DNA of 63,103 bases, filler included, from Acidimicrobiia bacterium (lineage in GTDB: Bacteria; Actinomycetota; Acidimicrobiia; Spongiisociales; JAHEDJ01), in the NCBI GenBank assembly GCA_029210695.1. It is 11 parts of 11 records of this genome, joined end to end, with 100 filler letters (N's around TTAATTAATTAA, not from the genome) between each part and the next. Parts side by side here need not be neighbours in the genome. Positions count along the whole stretch, not along the records: positions 7,455 to 14,756 come from JARGFH010000101.1; positions 14,857 to 21,766 come from JARGFH010000102.1; 9 more parts are not named here. One strand, 5' to 3'. Numbering within the stretch: position 1 is the first letter of the stretch; each line of letters starts with the position of its first letter. The translations under genes were made by a program, and so were the position numbers. Under the pieces are notes generated by a model. It was not told where the DNA came from and searched no databases. It saw only the letters and a program-made list of their open reading frames with translations. Shown here one piece after another: positions 10,219 through 19,342 of this stretch.

Positions 10219-11081
10219 TCACGACATCGTCAATCCGCCGCTAACTGACATCGCCTGGCCGGTTATATAGGCGGCCTCGCCGCTGGATAGGAACTGGACG
10301 AGTGGCGCGATATCACCGGGTTCAGCGATTCTGCGCAGCGGAATAGCACGCGCCAGGGCTTCATAGAGCTTGGGGTTCGAGTCGGCTACCTGATCTAGGA
10401 GGGCGGTGTTTGTCGGCCCCGGACATACACAGTTCACAGTTGTGCCACTGCGGGCCACCTCACGTGCTAGTGGTCCGTCGCGGATTTGGTGACTTGGTCT
10501 CCTGCCGGACGATCCCCGCTGTGGCAGGGTTCGTGGCACTGCCTACCCCGGTCATCAAATAGCAGACAGACCACTAGCGCCTTGGTGAAGGCGATCACGC
10601 CGCCCTTGGTCGCAGAGTAGACCGCCTCACCGGATGAGCCCACCTTGCCGGCGTCGGATGCAATGTTGATGATCCGGCCATCCCGGCGTTCGAGCATCCC
10701 GTCGAGGACTGCCCGCGAGCAGAGAATCGTTCCTTTCAAGTTGGTTGCAATGAGGCGATCCCAGGTCTCCTCGGTAGATTCGATGAATGGTTGGATCCGG
10801 TCGATACCAGCGTTGTTGACAAGAATGTCAATCGGTCCGAGCTGTTCTTCGATCGTTCGTACCGCACGATCGACCGACTGCGACGAACTCACGTCAAGTT
10901 CCACAGCGATGGTTTTTCCGGCGAAATCACCAGAGATTCTTGTTGAAAGAGCTTCGCCGGCCTCGATGTCGATGTCACCGATTGCGACGTGGGCGCCAGC
11001 GGATGCAAGGGCTTCACTGATTGCGGCACCGATGCCTCCTGCCGCGCCGGTAACCAGCGTCACGCGGGTCTCGAGTCCCAT
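10219..11081 (-). pseudogene. BadH-like SDR (2-hydroxycyclohexanecarboxyl-CoA dehydrogenase-like), split by a MITE
   Basis: TGAAGGIG, NNAG, YSATK; removing 107 bp at 10467-10573 restores FTKAL-AREVAR...SVSGGLTM. Confidence 0.88.
10471..10573. mobile_element. 103-bp IS630-derived MITE, copy 1 (CTAG flanks)
   Basis: Imperfect 23-bp TIRs TGGTCCGTCGCGGATTTGGTGAC / GTCATCAAATAGCAGACAGACCA; matching copy at 60919-61021. Confidence 0.9.
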
Positions 11082-11118
11082 TGGTGTGCTCCTCTCCGGG
11101 GTTTGTCTGAGCAGGGTA

Positions 11119-11143
11119 CAACAATTATACTTAGTCAACAATT
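11119..11143. promoter_or_regulatory. Candidate operator in divergent promoter (CAACAATT x2)
   Basis: Direct repeat at 11119 and 11136 in an AT-rich 90-bp intergenic region. Confidence 0.4.
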
Positions 11144-11171
11144 TGCACGACCGCGACGAGGGGTACGTTTA

Positions 11172-13463
11172 ATGGATCATCCGGTGATTCATCGGGAAAT
11201 ACCGTTGCGCGGTGGTTCGGAGACTGAACGTCTCGTAAGCGGTGGACATCGGTATGTCGCGGACCATATTTGCTCCGAGCATGTATGGGCCAGAGTTGTT
11301 CGGAGCAACTTCGCTCACGGTCGACTCGTTGGTATTGAGACGAGCGATGCAGTGGATGCCGAGGGTGTCCTTGCCGTTCTAACGGCGATCGATTTTGTTG
11401 AACCGGTTCCATCCATCCCTCTCCGCGGCTCTGGTCCGTGGACCGCCGACTTGCAGCAGCCCGTACTGGCATCCGACCGGGTGAGATACGTCGGCGAGCC
11501 GGTTGCGGTCGTCATCGCCGAGACTGCTCACCTTGCCGAGGACGCGGCGGAGCTCGTTCGTGTCGAGATAGAGCCCCTGGCCGTGGTCACACACACCGCG
11601 CAGCGAACAGACCACCCCGACGATCGGGGTGACGGATCCGGCAGGATCACTGCCATCGATGTCTGCTTCGGCGATGTAGCTTCTGCATTCGACAGAGCAG
11701 ATCTCGTGGTGCGTGGCCGCTACTCAAATCCCCGGTTGACCGGCGCGCCGATCGAACTCAGAGGCCTTGTCGCCGAGTGGGACGACGAGGTCGATGGAGG
11801 CCCAGTGCTCCATCTCTGGGGTCCCACCAAGAACGTATTCTTCACTCAAAGAACGGTGGCTTCCCTCCTAGGAATCGAGCTGGATCAGGTGGTGATCCAC
11901 GGCGTTGACGTAGGTGGCGCATTCGGCGTCCGGGGCGAGTTCTATCCGGAAGACTTCCTTATCCCTTGGGCGGCCCGTCGCGTCGGCCGGGGTGTCGCTT
12001 GGGTCGAGGATCGCCGGGAGCACATGTTGGCAATGAATCACTCGCGTCAGCAGGAACACGATTACGAACTGGCCGTCACCCGCAACGGTGATCTTCTGGC
12101 GTTTCGTGATGTGGTATCGATCGATGCCGGGGCATATGCCAGACCGATTGGCATCCGGCAGGCTTCGATCCTGATGAAGAGCCTCCCAGGTCCATACAGG
12201 TGGGAGGCCATGGAGATGCAAATTGACAGCGTCACCACCAACAAGACACCGGTCGGCAATCTGCGCGGGCCGGGTGGAACGGAGGCGACGTTCGTCCGTG
12301 AAAGAGCGATCGACCGTGCCGCCCGCCAGCTCGATATCGATCCGATAGAGATTCGGCGCCGGAATCTGATCTCGCACGCGCAGCTCCCGTATGTCGTCGA
12401 GTTGGAAGGGTCACATCCAGAGGTGATTGCCTATGACTCGGGCGACTACGAGGCCATCCTCGACTCGTTCCTTGACGTGTCTGATCTCAAGAGCCTTCGC
12501 AACGAGATCTCCCGGCGCCGCGGCGAGGGCGAGAGTATCGGTCTCGGTATAGCGCTCTTTGTCGAGCACTCTGGAACGGGGATAACGGAGACTGTCCGTG
12601 TTGACCTCGCTGAGGACGGTCTATTGATTGTGAAGACGGGCGCCTGCGACCTCGGTCAGGGTCTCACCGAGTTCATTCTCCGTGTTTGCGAACAGGAACT
12701 CGGTATCGGGGCAGATCACGTACGCGTGTTGTCGGGCGACAGTCGATCTGACGTGGACGCTCGTGGAACCTTTGGTAGCAGAACGGCGATCTTCGTCGGG
12801 AATGCAGTCGCGGATGCTATAGCCAAGCTCCGGGCGGAGGCGATAAGTCGAGCGGCGTCGATTCTGGGCGGACCGACCGACGAGATCCAAACCGGCCGTG
12901 ACGGCCTCACCTGGGACCGCCAGTTCCTTCACTGGAAGGAGGTCGCCCCGATCGGGTTTGCGGGTGTTCACGAGGGAGAACTCACTTGGGGTTTCGGAGG
13001 TCACATTGCCTTGGTGACGGTCGACATCGGAACCTTTGATGTGCAAGTCGAACGACTCGCGGTGACCTACGATTGTGGTCGCATCATCAATCCCCAGGCG
13101 GTCGAAGGCCAGTTGCGAGGGGGCTCCGTCTTCGGTCTGGGCGGGGCTCTTTTCGAGGAGATCCCGTATGACGAACAGGGCCAACCGTTGGCCACCAACC
13201 TGATGGACTACTTGCTGCCTACCTACCGGGAGACCCCTTCGGTCCAAGTGTTCGCCGTCGAGAGCGAGCCGGCCCCCGGCAACTACCTCGGTGTCAAGGG
13301 CGCCGCAGAAGCGGGCGTAATCGGTGTAGGCGGAGCAGTGGCGAACGCGGTAGCCGACGCGCTCGGCACTGCGATCGGTGACAGGATTGTCGAACTGCCT
13401 CTCCGCCCAGACAGGTTGTTGGATCTGGTCGATTCACCGAGTGACTCATCGGACGGCTCGTGA
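11172..13463 (+). CDS. Xanthine dehydrogenase/CoxL-like molybdopterin-binding subunit
   Basis: RVRYVGEPVA, VGGAFG, LRGPG, GQG, TFGSR, GRIINP, GVKGAAE. Confidence 0.9.
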   Translation: MDHPVIHREIPLRGGSETERLVSGGHRYVADHICSEHVWARVVRSNFAHGRLVGIETSDAVDAEGVLAVLTAIDFVEPVPSIPLRGSGPWTADLQQPVLASDRVRYVGEPVAVVIAETAHLAEDAAELVRVEIEPLAVVTHTAQRTDHPDDRGDGSGRITAIDVCFGDVASAFDRADLVVRGRYSNPRLTGAPIELRGLVAEWDDEVDGGPVLHLWGPTKNVFFTQRTVASLLGIELDQVVIHGVDVGGAFGVRGEFYPEDFLIPWAARRVGRGVAWVEDRREHMLAMNHSRQQEHDYELAVTRNGDLLAFRDVVSIDAGAYARPIGIRQASILMKSLPGPYRWEAMEMQIDSVTTNKTPVGNLRGPGGTEATFVRERAIDRAARQLDIDPIEIRRRNLISHAQLPYVVELEGSHPEVIAYDSGDYEAILDSFLDVSDLKSLRNEISRRRGEGESIGLGIALFVEHSGTGITETVRVDLAEDGLLIVKTGACDLGQGLTEFILRVCEQELGIGADHVRVLSGDSRSDVDARGTFGSRTAIFVGNAVADAIAKLRAEAISRAASILGGPTDEIQTGRDGLTWDRQFLHWKEVAPIGFAGVHEGELTWGFGGHIALVTVDIGTFDVQVERLAVTYDCGRIINPQAVEGQLRGGSVFGLGGALFEEIPYDEQGQPLATNLMDYLLPTYRETPSVQVFAVESEPAPGNYLGVKGAAEAGVIGVGGAVANAVADALGTAIGDRIVELPLRPDRLLDLVDSPSDSSDGS

Positions 13464-13521
13464 TGCTCGACGGGATTGTCTTTGGCCCACGCAAGGGGAC
13501 CGCGGCCTATCGGGAGCGACC

Positions 13522-14400
13522 ATGAAGCCCGCCAAATTCACATACCACCGAGCAGAAGACGTGGAACAGGCCATCAGCCTTCTGACGGATCTCGGCGCAG
13601 ACGCCAAGATTCTTGCGGGTGGCCAGAGCTTGATGCCGATGATGAACTTCCGGCTGGCTCGGCCAACAGCGCTGGTCGACATTTCCGGGATCCCCGGTCT
13701 GTCGCATATCACGCGACAGACCGGTGGCATGGATCTTGGTGCGCTCGCCACACATTGGCAGCTGGAGCACTTCTCGTCTTTTCCCGGTGCGCTCGCCGTT
13801 GTAGCTGAGACGGCACAATGGATCGGACACCCGGCGATCCGACGGCGGGGAACGATTGGGGGCAGCCTCGCCCACTCGGATCCTGTCGCCGAGTGGTGTG
13901 TGTTGATGACGGCCCTGAACGCTGTGGTTGTGGTAGGGGGGCCCGGCGGCATTCGAGAGGAGCCTGTCGAGGCATTCCTCCGGGGGTACTTCAGCACCTC
14001 GCTCGAGGCAAACGAGATCGTCCTGAGGGTTCGTATTCCGCGGATTCCCGACCATGCCGGGTTCGACGAGTACGCTCGCCGGCACGGCGATTTCGCCATC
14101 GTGATGGTCGCCGTCGCCTTCGACATTGTCGATGGGCGTGTGGAGGGTCCGAGGGTGGTCCTCGGCGGCGTCGGAGGGCGACCAGAGCGGGCTCGGGGAG
14201 CGGAACAAGCGCTGGCAGGTCAGCGCCCAACCAAGGATTTGTTCGAAGCAGCGGCAGGCATTGCAGCCGCGGAGACCGACCCCGCTTCGGACACCCTGGG
14301 TTCGGCAGAGTACCGGCGGCACCTGGTGCGGACTCTGGTAGACCGTTCCTGCGTAACCGCGCTCGACCGAACGAACACTCGAAGGGAGGGCAAGTCGTGA
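13522..14400 (+). CDS. CoxM/XdhB-like FAD-binding subunit
   Basis: MKPAKF, LAGGQSL, RGTIGGSLAHSDP, RRHGDFA. Confidence 0.92.
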   Translation: MKPAKFTYHRAEDVEQAISLLTDLGADAKILAGGQSLMPMMNFRLARPTALVDISGIPGLSHITRQTGGMDLGALATHWQLEHFSSFPGALAVVAETAQWIGHPAIRRRGTIGGSLAHSDPVAEWCVLMTALNAVVVVGGPGGIREEPVEAFLRGYFSTSLEANEIVLRVRIPRIPDHAGFDEYARRHGDFAIVMVAVAFDIVDGRVEGPRVVLGGVGGRPERARGAEQALAGQRPTKDLFEAAAGIAAAETDPASDTLGSAEYRRHLVRTLVDRSCVTALDRTNTRREGKS

Positions 14401-14696
14401 CTCGAGACGACAAGATGGAGCTGGAGGTGACCGTCAGCGGAAGTCGCCACGTGGTCCGTGTCGAGGCGAGAACCAGTCTCGCGGAGTTCCTACGACAGAA
14501 TCTTCGATTAACGGGTACGCACGTCGGCTGTGAGCACGGGAGTTGTGGAGCCTGCACTGTGCTCGTGGACGGGGACCCCGTCCGGTCCTGCCTGCTTCTC
14601 GCCGTTCAGATGAGTGGCAAGGAGGTCGAGACGGTTGAGAGCCTCGCCCAAGGCGATCACCTCCACCCACTTCAACAAGCTGACCACGCTCATTGA
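14397..14696 (+). pseudogene. CoxS-like 2Fe-2S subunit truncated by IS21 at 14681
   Basis: GCEHGSCGAC..C present; second Cys cluster missing, replaced by IS end after LHPLQQA. Confidence 0.85.
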
Positions 14697-14756
14697 AACT
14701 CCCCAGACCTGCTCACTGAAATTCCCCACCTCCTGAGAGGGAATACCCACTGTTGG
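14681..14756 (+). mobile_element. IS21-family element type A, end 1
   Basis: TGACCACGCTCATTGAAACTCCCCA...CTGAAATTCCCCA; same sequence at 48044 and 60019. Confidence 0.8.
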
Positions 14757-14856
14757 NNNNNNNNNNNNNNNNNNNNNNNNNNNNNNNNNNNNNNNNNNNN
14801 TTAATTAATTAANNNNNNNNNNNNNNNNNNNNNNNNNNNNNNNNNNNNNNNNNNNN

Positions 14857-14931
14857 GGTCTCCGGCATCACCCACGACTGGCCCGCCGCCAACCAACCTC
14901 ACCGAAAGCCACTTTTTCGGCAGCCACCTAG
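14857..14931 (+). mobile_element. IS1182-like right end
   Basis: Same sequence at 48219-48293 and 62322-62396; ends TTTTTCGGCAGCCAC-CTAG. Confidence 0.7.
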
Positions 14932-14961
14932 ACAGACAAGGGTCCTGCCCAAAGTAACAGG

Positions 14962-14995
14962 AGTTGGCGAGTCGCCAGTCGCGAGTCGCGGGTTG
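14962..14995. repeat. Heptamer tandem repeat (GCGAGTC-like)
   Basis: GGCGAGTCGCCAGTCGCGAGTCGCGGGTTG; related to 28664-28690 on the opposite strand. Confidence 0.5.
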
Positions 14996-15046
14996 CCCTC
15001 CCGCCGCATGCTCCTGCCGGGCGTTCGTCCGCAGAGTACCGGTGAG

Positions 15047-16807
15047 TCAGTTCGAGACCGGGAGAGAGAGCTCGAAGATGCTCTCACCCTCCTCGTATCG
15101 GTAGGTCAGGTCTCCGCCCATCAGTTGGGCGAGTTGATGGGAAATGGTCAGACCGAGGCCGAGCGCCGCAGTCAGCCCCGGGGCTGTGGACGATCGTTGC
15201 CGTGGCAAGAAGATGCGCTCGCGATCTTCCGGAGCGACGCCGTGACCGTTGTCGATTACGCGAACTACCGCCCCGTCATCGATGTCGAGAAACTCAATTC
15301 GTATGGATTCTCCACCGTATCGGAGTGCGTTGGTTATCAGATTGCGGAGGATCTGCCGGACCCGGCCCGGGTCGCCGGTCGCGCGGCTTGCGCTACCGCG
15401 GAGACGTATGTCAGATACTTTTTGTCCGCCGTACTCCTCGAGGACTTGCGACGCTTGGGCAAACAAGTTGACGGGAACTCGATTGACCGTGAGTTCGCCC
15501 ATTTCAGCTTTGGCGGCGACCAGCAGATCGTCGACTATCTGGTTGAGGTCACCGGCTTGTTTTAGGACCGCGGCAGCTGCTTCATGGCGTTGCGGCTCCG
15601 TGAGTCTGTCGTCGTTGTCCCGTAGCAGCTGCGCATATCCCATTACTGAGGTGAGCGGAGTCCGAAGCTCATGGCTGATGCTGGCGAGGAACTCATCCTT
15701 GGCCAGATTCATCTCCTCGAGTCGGTTTTGGGCCGCCTCCCGTTCCCAGAAGGCGCCGATCATCTTGGCGGCCGTTGATAGAAGCGACAGGTCGTTGTCC
15801 GTCCAGCGCCTGAGGATGGTCATATCGGCGAATCCGATGAGGCCGGCCCACTCGCCGTCGACGAAGATCGGAATGTCGAGTTCCGATTTCACCGGGATCG
15901 GGTCTGCCGCGTACAACTCGAACTCGACGCCTTCGAGCATCTCAGGGATGAGCATGAACGGGGTTCCTTGCTCGAGGTGCGACCGCGACGTCGGCATTCG
16001 ATCCCATGGGATCAGCTCCCAGTAGTCGCTATCTTGTCCGTAGTCGGGAGCTCCTTCCTCCTCGGCTTCGGCAACGGTCCGAGAGCAAAACCCCAGCTCG
16101 GGATCCATGACGTTGCGTTCCACGAAGACGTAGGTCGCCTGCGTTGCAGTCAACAGCGCCTCCAGGGCGAGTTCCAGTCGGTTCTCACCGGTACTGGCCA
16201 GCAGCGCCTGAGCGCAGTCTGCAAGCGCAGTTTCGTATCCGGCACGCTGTTCGACCTGCGCTCTGATTCGATGATTCTCGACGGCGCTACCGAGGATGTA
16301 GGCGACCGATCGAAGGAAGTTCGCTTCTTCTGAGGTGAACCGACGCCGGAACCTGGTGTGCGCACCTACCACTCCATAGGGCCTTTCCCTTCCGGGAATC
16401 GCCACACTGATCCCGCTGACAACCGCGTGATCGACGAGGAGTTGTGGGCCTGCGAAGCGCTCCTCTGCGGATAGGTCTTCAACCACGACCGGCGCATTCG
16501 AAAGAAGCGTGTACCCGGCCTGTGAGCCCGAGTCGTCAGGAACGGCCGTCTTTCCGACCTCTACATGTTCCTGCCATCCGCAACCTGCCACCAGCAGAAG
16601 GGGTTCGCCGGCGGAGGATTGATGAAGAACCTTCGCATACTCAACGTCGAGGACATGACAAACCAACTCAACCGCCATATCGAGTACGGCCTCGATTTCG
16701 GGTTGCGTGAGTGCAGCCTGGCCCAACTGTGCGACAGCCGCTTGCGGAATGTCGCTGTACGCTTCTGGTGAGGTCTCGCCGACCGGTGATCCAGTTGTCA
16801 TGCTCAT
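15047..16807 (-). CDS. Cytoplasmic GAF-GAF sensor histidine kinase
   Basis: Two GAF-like regions, SHELRTPLT H-box, NLITNA, DNGHG, GLGL. Confidence 0.9.
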   Translation of the reverse strand: MSMTTGSPVGETSPEAYSDIPQAAVAQLGQAALTQPEIEAVLDMAVELVCHVLDVEYAKVLHQSSAGEPLLLVAGCGWQEHVEVGKTAVPDDSGSQAGYTLLSNAPVVVEDLSAEERFAGPQLLVDHAVVSGISVAIPGRERPYGVVGAHTRFRRRFTSEEANFLRSVAYILGSAVENHRIRAQVEQRAGYETALADCAQALLASTGENRLELALEALLTATQATYVFVERNVMDPELGFCSRTVAEAEEEGAPDYGQDSDYWELIPWDRMPTSRSHLEQGTPFMLIPEMLEGVEFELYAADPIPVKSELDIPIFVDGEWAGLIGFADMTILRRWTDNDLSLLSTAAKMIGAFWEREAAQNRLEEMNLAKDEFLASISHELRTPLTSVMGYAQLLRDNDDRLTEPQRHEAAAAVLKQAGDLNQIVDDLLVAAKAEMGELTVNRVPVNLFAQASQVLEEYGGQKVSDIRLRGSASRATGDPGRVRQILRNLITNALRYGGESIRIEFLDIDDGAVVRVIDNGHGVAPEDRERIFLPRQRSSTAPGLTAALGLGLTISHQLAQLMGGDLTYRYEEGESIFELSLPVSN

Positions 16808-17011
16808 GGCGACGATACAACCCTCGTGAATGCGAGCCTCTCCTGTGTTTCGGCGCCCGTAGCGGGGCACTTGAGGAATGCGGAGGTCAGGCCGGGTCAT
16901 CTACACCGCGGCGGGTAATGCGACTCGATCTACAGGAGTCCGATCTACCGCCCAACGCGGCCGGTGCGCCTGCGTTCGAATCGCCGAGCCGAAAACGGCT
17001 GCGAATCCCAC

Positions 17012-17410
17012 CTATCCGACCGGCGCCGTCTGAGAGTTCCGTCGCTCGACGAGGTCTGCGACCACGGCGCGCAGTTGATTGAGATCAAAGGGCTTTCCGA
17101 CAAACGCATCGGCGGTGGCGAAATTCGCTTTCGATCTCGTCTCGGCGGTGTCATGCGCGGTAACCACTACGACCGGAATCTCCCTCGTCTTGGGGTCCAT
17201 CCGCAGATGGCCGAGCACCTCCCAACCGTCCATCTCCGGTAGAGCGACGTCAAGGACGATTACGTCGGGCAGCAGACTTCTGGCTGCCTCGAGTCCCGAC
17301 GCTCCGTCCGTGTGCTGAATCACATCAAAGCCATCGATCATGAGGGCGACTTCGAGAAGGCGGCGCGTGGCATCGGCATCCTCGACAACCAGCACTGTTC
17401 TCGTTTGCAT
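17012..17410 (-). CDS. Single-domain response regulator
   Basis: LVVED, DVIVLDVALPEMDG, VTA, KPF; no output domain. Confidence 0.92.
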   Translation of the reverse strand: MQTRTVLVVEDADATRRLLEVALMIDGFDVIQHTDGASGLEAARSLLPDVIVLDVALPEMDGWEVLGHLRMDPKTREIPVVVVTAHDTAETRSKANFATADAFVGKPFDLNQLRAVVADLVERRNSQTAPVG

Positions 17411-17573
17411 GCGATTCCTTGGGTGGTCTATCGATTATCTGTATCGGCTCGGATCGGGCATTTCTGAAGCCGAGGTGACCAGGATTTTCCGAGAGACGAC
17501 GATCCGAATCCGGGGTTCAAGAATTGGGCGCCTTCTGTCGATGTTTGATCGAATCCGATAGATAGGAACAACA

Positions 17574-19292
17574 GTGTCACAATCCGTTGCCGCTCCGACA
17601 ACGTCTCCGGCATGGACTCAACACACCATCACACGAATCGCGATCCTGGGACTCCTGGCATTCTCGCTCGTGTCGGCGGCCCTACTCGGTTTTGGAGTGC
17701 TATCGGAGGACGCTGCTTATACGTTCTCCCAGATCGCTTATGTGATTGTTCCGGTGGGTGCCGGTCTGATCGTGATGGGCGCGGCGATGGCGCTGCCCTC
17801 CAGACAGAAGTTTGCCTGGTTCGTTATCGGTGCGGGCGTTCTCTCCTGGGGATTGGGCGAGGTCATCTGGGTTGGCTACGAGTACATACTGAAGACTGAG
17901 GTTCCCTACCCCGGCTGGGCAGACGTCTTCTACGTCCTCGGCTATCCCGTGGTTTTTGCAGGGATCCTGCTGCTTCCCCATATCAAGCCCGGGCGAATGG
18001 AACGACTACGGCTCACGATGGACGCTCTCGCAGGAAGCATCGCCCTGGCAGCCATCATGTGGGTCTCATATCTCGGCGATCAGGTCTACCTCGATCCGGA
18101 GATCGGGTTCCTCGAGCAGTTCGTCAACATCATGTATCCGTTCGGGGATGCCATCCTCCTCATTGGTCTGATGATCCTGGCGGTTCGCAGGAGTTCACGC
18201 CGCTTCGACCTCCGCCTGCTCTTCCTGGCAGTCGGCATGATCGCCACCGCGGTGGCCGACATCGTTTATGTAGTCCAGGTCGAGGCAGACACCTATATCT
18301 CCGGTGGTTGGCTGGACTCATGGTGGCTACTTGGCTACGCCGGCTTCATCGCGGCCGGTTGGTACCTCCTCCAGCCGGCCAAAGAGAGAGAACAGGTCGA
18401 GCGTTCCAGCCGGATATGGCAGATGTCCGCGCCCTACAGCGTGATTCTGCTCCTCTTCGGCCTCACTCTCTTCGATTCGGGCTCAGAAGCTTCGGTACTC
18501 GAGGTTTCGTCGGCCCTCGTCGGCGTACTGATCATCGCTCGCCAGGGAGTCGCCATCCGGGAGAACCGGGAACTCGTTGAGAAGCAGCGCGACGACCTCA
18601 TCGCTTCGATCTCCCACGAGCTGAGGACGCCACTCACTTCCGTGCAGGGATTCGCCGAACTGCTCACCCAGAACGGCGAACGGCTGGATCCTCAACAGCG
18701 AGTTGAATTGACCGCAATCATCGAACAGCAGAGTCGCCATCTGGGCGGTATCGTGACCGATCTCATCGACGTCGCTCGTGACCAGCTCTCGAGTACCAAC
18801 CTGAACCTCCAGACCCACGATCTGGCCGGGATCATCTCCGACGCCACGGCCATGCTCCCCACCAACGGGGGAACTGTCGAGGCTCACACCGAACCGGGTA
18901 TCGAAGTGGAAGCAGACCGCCGGCGCATGACGCAGGTGATCGTCAACCTTCTCACGAACGCCAAGCGTTATGGAAACGGGCAGGTGGAAGTCGAGACGTT
19001 CGCCAAAAACGGACGCGTGACGATCAAAGTTCATGACAATGGTGCCGGTGTGCCGAAACGCTACGAAGAAGCAATTTGGGAGCGATTCGAACGGGGCGCC
19101 TACCGCCTTGACGCGAAGACACCCGGCTCGGGGATCGGCCTTCCGATCGCTCGATCGCTGGTACAGGCTCACCGCGGCAGTATCGAGTACGGGCGGTCAG
19201 ACCGCCTGGGTGGAGCGTGCTTCACCATATCCATGCCCCGCGCGCTGAACTCGTCCAGGCCGGTTGAGGAACCGGTTTCGCTACCCGTGTAG
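17574..19292 (+). CDS. Multi-TM sensor histidine kinase
   Basis: About 9-10 TM helices (YPGWADVFY motif), SHELRTPLT, NLLTNA, DNGAG, GSGIGL. Confidence 0.9.
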   Translation: MSQSVAAPTTSPAWTQHTITRIAILGLLAFSLVSAALLGFGVLSEDAAYTFSQIAYVIVPVGAGLIVMGAAMALPSRQKFAWFVIGAGVLSWGLGEVIWVGYEYILKTEVPYPGWADVFYVLGYPVVFAGILLLPHIKPGRMERLRLTMDALAGSIALAAIMWVSYLGDQVYLDPEIGFLEQFVNIMYPFGDAILLIGLMILAVRRSSRRFDLRLLFLAVGMIATAVADIVYVVQVEADTYISGGWLDSWWLLGYAGFIAAGWYLLQPAKEREQVERSSRIWQMSAPYSVILLLFGLTLFDSGSEASVLEVSSALVGVLIIARQGVAIRENRELVEKQRDDLIASISHELRTPLTSVQGFAELLTQNGERLDPQQRVELTAIIEQQSRHLGGIVTDLIDVARDQLSSTNLNLQTHDLAGIISDATAMLPTNGGTVEAHTEPGIEVEADRRRMTQVIVNLLTNAKRYGNGQVEVETFAKNGRVTIKVHDNGAGVPKRYEEAIWERFERGAYRLDAKTPGSGIGLPIARSLVQAHRGSIEYGRSDRLGGACFTISMPRALNSSRPVEEPVSLPV

Positions 19293-19342
19293 ACGACATG
19301 CGAGTCCCGGCTAGGTGAGCTGCTCCCACTAGCCTCCACAGC

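Noticed and set aside
11172..14696. Aerobic CO dehydrogenase (coxLMS)
   Set aside because: Lacks the AYxCSFR and AYRGAGR active-site signatures; gene order is L-M-S.
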